From a virus (lineage: Duplodnaviria > Caudoviricetes), in the IMG/VR virus record IMGVR_UViG_3300020045_001610, positions 1 through 62,439 of that record: a DNA stretch of 62,439 nucleotides. One strand, written 5' to 3'. Made by a program: the position numbers and the translations under genes. Each line of letters opens with the position of its first letter. Positions within the stretch are counted from its first letter, which is position 1. Below, in pieces: positions 56,601-62,439 of this stretch. The notes beneath the pieces are model-generated. The model had not been told where the DNA came from and did not search any database. It saw only the letters and a program-made list of their open reading frames with translations.

Positions 56601-56651
56601 TTAATGCAATATAAACAAAAGTATTAGCAGAATGATTATTAGGATTAGCAT
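56601..56651 (-). CDS. 16-aa hydrophobic peptide, copy 1
   Basis: MLILIIILLILLFILH; AAAGGA RBS. Confidence 0.55.
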   Translation of the reverse strand: MLILIIILLILLFILH

Positions 56652-56848
56652 GATTTAGTCCTTTCGTAATAACCTTTTAAACCAAGACGTTGAGCAATTC
56701 TATCACATTCAGCGCAATACATTTCAGAATCACGTTGATACTGTAGCAGAAAATTAACATTGCTAATTGTCGGTGCATATTCCATTTCTTTTAAATGCTT
56801 ACGTTGCTTTACAGTTAACCTTTGAGGTACTGTCTTTTTAGCTTTCAT
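56645..56848 (-). CDS. hypothetical protein
   Basis: GGAGG RBS. Confidence 0.55.
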   Translation of the reverse strand: MKAKKTVPQRLTVKQRKHLKEMEYAPTISNVNFLLQYQRDSEMYCAECDRIAQRLGLKGYYERTKSC

Positions 56849-56852
56849 AACC

Positions 56853-57089
56853 TTAAACCTCCCCTTGTATTGCTTCATCACTTGTAACACCTTTACAATC
56901 ACGTTTCAACTGTTTTAAAGCATTAGCAGCAATCTTTCTGTCAATTTCTTTATTGATATAAGTTAAACCTTGAATCAGGAATAGACAAGCTTTCTTAGTA
57001 CCTACATATACAACAAGTTCACCTGACGGAAAGTTGTAGCGTCTTGTAGCATGTTTAGTTCCTTTGTTTATGTGTTTGCATAGTGTCAT
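56853..57089 (-). CDS. hypothetical protein
   Basis: ORF track. Confidence 0.55.
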   Translation of the reverse strand: MTLCKHINKGTKHATRRYNFPSGELVVYVGTKKACLFLIQGLTYINKEIDRKIAANALKQLKRDCKGVTSDEAIQGEV

Positions 57090-57249
57090 TTTACACCGCC
57101 TAATTTAGCGGTTATACTAACTTCAGCTAAAAGTTTTTCAGCATCAGGAAAGCCAATTTCTTTTAATTCGTTTACAGCATCAGAAAAGCTCTTTTTGCCG
57201 GTCAAAATATCATTTGCAAACGGTCTAATGTGTTTCATTAGAAAGGCGT

Positions 57250-57588
57250 TCATTTTGCACCGCCAGTTAAGCGGGAAATGAAAGCCTGAACGGTTAAGTC
57301 ATTACCTGGATACGGGCCTCTAATGTTGTATGCTTTGCAATCTTTGGCACAATTGCACAAAATAACATGCTCTTGTTGTGCCGATTTAAGTGAATGCTTA
57401 ACAGCTACAATATTGCCAAGTTTTAGCGGTTTACCAAAATCTTCAATTACATTCTTTTCAACAATAAAAACATCATCATTTAAATTGTCGTAACAATCAC
57501 GACAGAAAGCATCTTCGTTATTGCCATAATAAACTTCATTGAAATGGTTTATAGTTTTGCTGCATTTATCACAAGTTTTATATTTCAT
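57250..57588 (-). CDS. zinc-finger protein
   Basis: CDKC...CRDC; AAGGAG RBS. Confidence 0.6.
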   Translation of the reverse strand: MKYKTCDKCSKTINHFNEVYYGNNEDAFCRDCYDNLNDDVFIVEKNVIEDFGKPLKLGNIVAVKHSLKSAQQEHVILCNCAKDCKAYNIRGPYPGNDLTVQAFISRLTGGAK

Positions 57589-57817
57589 TAGCTTTAGTCT
57601 CCTTTATTGTAGGTAATTTAAGTCAGTTAAGGAACTTTAGACAGTTAAGAAACTGTAGACAGTTAAACACGTTCAAAATAATCCAATGCTGCTAACGCAC
57701 CTTGCCCATAACCAGCTAATGTAAAAGCTTGTGCAATTGTGTCACCTTTAACAATTTCTTCTTTACCGTCTAACCAGTACAGTTTATAAGTATTCATTTT
57801 AAATCTCCTTTTAACAG

Positions 57818-57868
57818 TTAATGTAATATAAACAAAAGTATTAGCAGAATGATTATTAGGATTAGCAT
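57818..57868 (-). CDS. 16-aa hydrophobic peptide, copy 2
   Basis: same peptide; alternative in-frame ATG at 57880. Confidence 0.5.
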   Translation of the reverse strand: MLILIIILLILLFILH

Positions 57869-57901
57869 GACGGCAACCATTCTAACTTCCAGCGGTAACA
57901 G

Positions 57902-58261
57902 TTAAGGGTTATGTATTTGTTTAGCACCACGTAAAGCAGCGATTCTCTTTTGATCCATTTGATACGAAAAGCGACTAACTACAGTTAAGTTGTAACCGAT
58001 TGCAGTTAACTCCTTATAGAGCGGTATAAACTCTTTTTCCTCTTTATCATTATAAAACATCGGAAAAGCTCTTTTTGTTCCGTCAAGCGTAGCTTTACCG
58101 CTGCCATGTTGACCGTTGTGCATGTAGTTAAGGCAATTCAACACGCTGTTATCTCCTGGCAATTCGGGAAACAATGCTATAACTTCATCGTCTGGAAATT
58201 TGCGGAATATTACTTTTGTTTTTTCTTGTATTGTTGCGTCAATCTTGCTTAGTTTACCCAT
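57902..58261 (-). CDS. phage early-type protein
   Basis: VIFRKF...IALFP...YMH.GQH; AAGGAG RBS. Confidence 0.65.
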   Translation of the reverse strand: MGKLSKIDATIQEKTKVIFRKFPDDEVIALFPELPGDNSVLNCLNYMHNGQHGSGKATLDGTKRAFPMFYNDKEEKEFIPLYKELTAIGYNLTVVSRFSYQMDQKRIAALRGAKQIHNP

Positions 58262-58460
58262 TTTGTTTACTCTCCTTTAAAGACAATGTTTAGTTATCCA
58301 GATTTTAGCAGCGTGTAAACTTTTGCATACTTGTGTAAAACCATTATTAAAACGTACTTGACAATCGTTTGAAGTTGTAAAAGTTGTTATCATATAACCG
58401 TGGTATATGACTAGCTTTTCCACAATTCACCCCCTTAACAGTTAAGTTATTTATCTACAG

Positions 58461-58657
58461 TTAACGATAATAGCGCAATCCATCTTCAGTGCATTTGATC
58501 CAGCATTTAGGTAATCCGTTCTTGTCTGCCCACAATTCAACCGGAAAGGTTTTGTAGTGTGTTGATCCTTCAACAAACTTAATTTCGCTCATTGTCGGGG
58601 TTCTATGTGCTTCAATTGTTTTAACGTCTGCTCTAAATGGTAAGCTTGATTTTTCAT
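58461..58657 (-). pseudogene. frameshifted small gene
   Basis: ATG with strong RBS is out of frame with the long ORF unless the A5 run is A6. Confidence 0.4.
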
Positions 58658-58719
58658 GGTTAATTCCTTTCTTTGTAGGTAATTAGTGACAGTTAAAGCA
58701 ACGGTTAACAGTTAAACAA

Positions 58720-59205
58720 CTATTTACAAAACCTTTTAGCAGTCATAAACTTAACATAGTTATCAGCCTGTTTATACGTTTTGAAACGTGCAATCAATTC
58801 TTTGTTACAGTAAACCGCTTGTGTATAAGTTGCATTATCGGCGGTTAACAATTCATTTCCAATTTCCCATAAACCAAAATCAAGTTTAGGATGTTTGTAC
58901 AAGCAAACGCCGGACGTTGTATAAATAGCAACTATGCAATGTGCAAGAATACCATCACCGCCTGAAGAGTTTTGATTATGTATAAGTAAAGGGATTTTTG
59001 ATCCGGTTGAGCGTCCGATATAACCGCAAACGTCATTTTCTTCATTCCAGCATTTTCCGGTTTTTGTATCACCTAAAAATATTCTTACACGTTGTTGACG
59101 ATTATAACAGTTTAAACCTGAAATAACTTTCATAACTTCAATATTTGTTTCAGGATTAAACCAATAACCATTATATTCTATTTCTTTTCTCGTTGTCTTT
59201 TTCAT
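58720..59205 (-). CDS. phage early-type protein
   Basis: RVRIFLGD.KTG..W.EE.D..GYIGRSTG. Confidence 0.7.
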   Translation of the reverse strand: MKKTTRKEIEYNGYWFNPETNIEVMKVISGLNCYNRQQRVRIFLGDTKTGKCWNEENDVCGYIGRSTGSKIPLLIHNQNSSGGDGILAHCIVAIYTTSGVCLYKHPKLDFGLWEIGNELLTADNATYTQAVYCNKELIARFKTYKQADNYVKFMTAKRFCK

Positions 59206-59278
59206 TGTAAACCCCTTTTAGTTAAAGTAATTGGTTGCAGTTAAAGCAAGTCAAGACAGTTAAGGCAATGCTTAACAG

Positions 59279-59470
59279 TTAACGCTTGACAAATTGAATA
59301 CATCCAAAAAGCGGCCCTGTTTTAAGGTGTAATTGTAAGCCTTGATCGTCAAGAAAATCAGCATCAAGCGCAAAATCATTACCGGTCAAAGGCTTGCTAG
59401 TTTCCAGCCAGTCTATTTTATTGCATTCTGTATTATGTTTATTCCAAAATTTGCAATCTTTACAATTCAT
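59279..59470 (-). CDS. Cys-rich small protein
   Basis: CKDCKFW...FGCIQF. Confidence 0.6.
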   Translation of the reverse strand: MNCKDCKFWNKHNTECNKIDWLETSKPLTGNDFALDADFLDDQGLQLHLKTGPLFGCIQFVKR

Positions 59471-59580
59471 AACATATCCTTTCCTGAATATATGATTTTC
59501 TGAATATCGTCTCTAAGCGGTCAAGATTTTACCCTATACGTTACCCTTGACCGCTTGCCGTTTGACCTTCCTGGGGCCTC

Positions 59581-59877
59581 TCAGGAGGTCAAAAATCTTG
59601 TTAATGTGACGGTATTTCCGATAAATTCGATTGTCTCACCTTTATAGATAACGTACCAGATTCCCTTTTTCTGAAATACCGTATAGTCAAGGTTATACTC
59701 TTGACTTGCTAAGTTCATTCTATTTTTAGTTGTATTTGTCTTATAGCCGCCGGTGTCAAGCTTTATTGTTTCACTATCAAACGATACAATTTTAGTATTG
59801 TGAAGTTCAATTTCAGTTCTACAACTATCATTGTTATAGGTTATACGTGTATTTCCCTTTTTGCATAGTTCTACCAT
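59581..59877 (-). CDS. phage early-type protein
   Basis: LHNT...GGYKTNTTKNRMN. Confidence 0.65.
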   Translation of the reverse strand: MVELCKKGNTRITYNNDSCRTEIELHNTKIVSFDSETIKLDTGGYKTNTTKNRMNLASQEYNLDYTVFQKKGIWYVIYKGETIEFIGNTVTLTRFLTS

Positions 59878-59979
59878 GATTTGTCACTCCTTTGTAATTG
59901 GATTGCTACATCTTACAAGCTTTAAAGCTTAAACAGTCAACAGTTAACAGTTAAGCTTTAAAGCTTTACATAGTAACAA

Positions 59980-60351
59980 TCAAAAATCTTGAATTATAAA
60001 GCTTGAACCGTCAATATCTATAACTTGTGTATATTCGCGTATTTTGTCAATTGTCGCTTCATAGTCAATAACACCCTCAATCGGTTCTGTTTCGTCGTCG
60101 CCTTCCTCTGGTTCTGTTTCCCATACAATGTAACTATCATTGTAAGCTTTTATAAACTCTTCTACGTTTTCATATTCAGTGTATTCACAGCACAATGCTA
60201 TAACGTCAAGTTCTATTTCTTCTCCCGTTACTTCTTCATATTCTTCCAAGTAATCAAACAACGCTTTTTTACCGGCGTAACTAAAATTGTTTTCGCGATT
60301 GCAATCAATAAACGCTTTTTCAAAATTATAACTACTAACAGTCGTTTTCAT
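59980..60351 (-). CDS. highly acidic protein
   Basis: about 34 D/E vs 8 K/R in 123 aa. Confidence 0.7.
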   Translation of the reverse strand: MKTTVSSYNFEKAFIDCNRENNFSYAGKKALFDYLEEYEEVTGEEIELDVIALCCEYTEYENVEEFIKAYNDSYIVWETEPEEGDDETEPIEGVIDYEATIDKIREYTQVIDIDGSSFIIQDF

Positions 60352-60449
60352 GGTATTTCCCCTTTTTAATTGTTTGATAATGGGTAACAGTTAACGTCCG
60401 TTTACTATCTCATATACTGCCCACAATAAACAGAGTATTCCGCCAGTTA

Positions 60450-60726
60450 CTAGCATTTCTCGAATACTCTTGAATAAGTAACTTTGTCAAAATATGCTGA
60501 ATCTTTCAATCCATGCTTTACAGCACGCTTGCGGTAAAGTTCCCAGACATCTCGCTTTACACCGTCACTGTGATAGTTACCCTCATTGTCATAATTTGAG
60601 AGTATAACAGTAGAACGCACACCGTAATTTGCCATTGTATCACCAAAAAAATTTCATACTGCTACAATCAAAGAAATGCAAACCACTACCTAATTCAACG
60701 TTATATTTAAGTTCTGAAGGTCTCAT
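60450..60726 (-). pseudogene. gene apparently split at a T7 run
   Basis: removing one T joins MRPSELK...MKFF to GDTMANYGVR. Confidence 0.4.
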
Positions 60727-60877
60727 TGTCTCAATTCTCCTTTATAGGTTTAATTTGTGGGCAACATGATTTACAGTATTTTTGTGCCTGTAAAGCCTTT
60801 TCATAGCTTTTGTGTCTGGATATTGTTTCGCCTTGCTCGTTTATTAGTTCGTATTTGAATATCATTTTAAACCGCCT

Positions 60878-61189
60878 TTAAACGTAAATTATAGTATTGT
60901 AAGAATCGAATGAACAACGATTGTCTTTTGCCGTAAAGGTATGAACAATGATAAATTTACCGTACTGATAAACTGTATCATTACCGTCAAGAGTTAATGA
61001 GCTAGTACCACGAAAAATCTTATTACCTTTACGAGTGCAAATTGTTTTAGTTAAGCTTGACGTGTCAATATTGATATTTGTGTCAAGCAATGTTTTTGTT
61101 TCGTCAAGAGTTATACCTTTTGCACATATCAGATATAAACCTTCACTTGTAGCTATATCGTAAAACTTTTCTTTAGTTATTTTTTGCAT
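60878..61189 (-). CDS. hypothetical protein
   Basis: GAGG RBS. Confidence 0.6.
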   Translation of the reverse strand: MQKITKEKFYDIATSEGLYLICAKGITLDETKTLLDTNINIDTSSLTKTICTRKGNKIFRGTSSLTLDGNDTVYQYGKFIIVHTFTAKDNRCSFDSYNTIIYV

Positions 61190-61234
61190 AACCTCACCCC
61201 TTTTAAAGTTTAATGATAACAGTTAATAGTTAAA

Positions 61235-61528
61235 TTACATTCTATCGTTACAAACAATCATACTAGTATATTGTCTACCGTCATTATAAAAGCATTCCAG
61301 GTCGGCTATAATCTCTTGTAAATTTTCGTCAATAGAGAAACAATCGTCAATAAGCATGTAACCGGATTCTAAAAAGCCTGTATTAGTTGCACCGCCGAAA
61401 ACAAGGCGCTTATCAGTAGCATAAATGTAGAAGTCGTGAAACTCGCCAGCGTTGTCTTGAAACTCAATTAAGCCAACATATTTTCCAGTCTCTTCAGCGT
61501 TTGAATAATCCCATTTTGAACTTTTCAT
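61235..61528 (-). CDS. acidic hypothetical protein
   Basis: AAGGG RBS. Confidence 0.6.
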   Translation of the reverse strand: MKSSKWDYSNAEETGKYVGLIEFQDNAGEFHDFYIYATDKRLVFGGATNTGFLESGYMLIDDCFSIDENLQEIIADLECFYNDGRQYTSMIVCNDRM

Positions 61529-61553
61529 AATATTTTCCCTTTTAGTTATTTAA

Positions 61554-61802
61554 TTAGCTTAAATACAATTCAGTTTTACCGCTATATGTTGTCCATCCTA
61601 ACCACGCTATACGACTGTCTAACATGCCTATAGACGGCCACACAAATTTAGTTTTAACTTCATACCCTACTTTTGGAACTTTGCCGGTAATTGATAAAAG
61701 TTTTGCTGTTTTACGGTCAATTGTCAAGTAACCATCCCAGCGTAAAACAGCTTGAAATTGAGTACCGTCCGGTAATGTTTTAATCACGTGTTCTGCTTTC
61801 AT
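61554..61802 (-). CDS. hypothetical protein
   Basis: AAAGGGG RBS. Confidence 0.6.
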   Translation of the reverse strand: MKAEHVIKTLPDGTQFQAVLRWDGYLTIDRKTAKLLSITGKVPKVGYEVKTKFVWPSIGMLDSRIAWLGWTTYSGKTELYLS

Positions 61803-61814
61803 AATTTACCCCTT

Positions 61815-61883
61815 TCAATGATTAGTGTAATAAACCGTACAAATTAGGATTGATACCAGAAACAAGTCAATTGCAATTTGCAT
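61815..61883 (-). CDS. 22-aa hydrophobic peptide
   Basis: MQIAIDLFLVSILICTVYYTNH; AAGGGG RBS. Confidence 0.4.
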   Translation of the reverse strand: MQIAIDLFLVSILICTVYYTNH

Positions 61884-61899
61884 TTAAAACCCCTTTCAA

Positions 61900-62079
61900 T
61901 TACTTTGTTTCGTGCATTCTAATTAACTTCATTCCAATACTTTCATTTTTAGCATAAAAACCGGTATCGTTTGAACAATTACGGATATAAACACGGTCTT
62001 TAATATCACCCGAAAGTCTTATTGTAAAAACCTTGTCGTTATTTAATCTGATAGTTGTTTCGTTGATTGTAAGTTTCAT
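61900..62079 (-). CDS. hypothetical protein
   Basis: AAAGGA RBS. Confidence 0.55.
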   Translation of the reverse strand: MKLTINETTIRLNNDKVFTIRLSGDIKDRVYIRNCSNDTGFYAKNESIGMKLIRMHETK

Positions 62080-62178
62080 TGTCATTCCTTTCGTCGTAAG
62101 ATACTTTATACATTGCAGGTTGCTTGCCAAGTTTTATATTTATTTTTATTTATTATTTACTTTGTCATTTCAACTACT

Positions 62179-62226
62179 TACTTACTTAGTTACTTATTTA
62201 ATTACCTACTTGGTTACTTACTTATA
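62179..62226. repeat. 4 x 12-bp imperfect tandem repeat
   Basis: TACTTACTTAGT/TACTTATTTAAT/TACCTACTTGGT/TACTTACTTATA. Confidence 0.7.
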
Positions 62227-62439
62227 CCTCATATCAGACATATAACTATCTATCACTTTATATAATACGTTGTAAACTATTGTTATCACTACGTTATATT
62301 AGCACCTCATATCAGGTAGTCATTACTTCATTTAAGGTATACTCTTTTAGCCTGTAATATCCTTTTAACTATATCGCACACGTAGCAACTACCATTCCAA
62401 AGTTCATTTTAGCTCTTAATTAAGACTTCTTAAAAACAG

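Larger units (their letters stand above)
56579..61233 (+). repeat. polar CAGTTAA motif array
   Basis: at least 20 exact copies, mostly intergenic, 18-19 bp phasing. Confidence 0.85.

Noticed and set aside
62033-62245. 70-aa + strand ORF with TYL repeats
   Set aside because: translation of the tandem repeat, antisense to a real gene, no RBS

Overview
This window is most of a genome of an apparently lytic, long-tailed dsDNA phage (siphovirus). It starts inside an ORF, shows no terminal repeat, and has no integrase or recognisable lysogeny module. Spanin-like and lipoprotein genes suggest a diderm host. + strand 1-36 kb: VRR-NUC, lytic transglycosylase, M15 endolysin/holin/spanins, HNH-TerS-TerL (with an Ala-start class 3 intein), HK97-type portal/protease/capsid, an accessory virion block, and a lambda/HK97-like tail. 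- strand 36.2-51.7 kb: replication/recombination arm (family B-like polymerase, clamp-like protein, SF2 helicase, PD-(D/E)xK nuclease, SSB, AAA ATPase, ligase, ThyX, MazG). + strand 51.9-55.6 kb: HTH, C5 methylase, primase. - strand 55.6-62.1 kb: GIY-YIG endonuclease and many small early-type genes. Highlights: (1) a bacterioferritin lacking the heme Met but with an intact ferroxidase centre, sitting between portal and a prohead protease with a metallothionein-like Cys tail; (2) an ACP whose phosphopantetheine Ser is Glu; (3) a free-standing portal-clip-like protein; (4) two covarying kissing-loop RNA leaders; (5) a polar CAGTTAA array with 18-19 bp phasing; (6) a duplicated 16-aa hydrophobic peptide; (7) a 12-bp box shared by three structural-gene promoters. 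All family calls are by eye; no searches were run.
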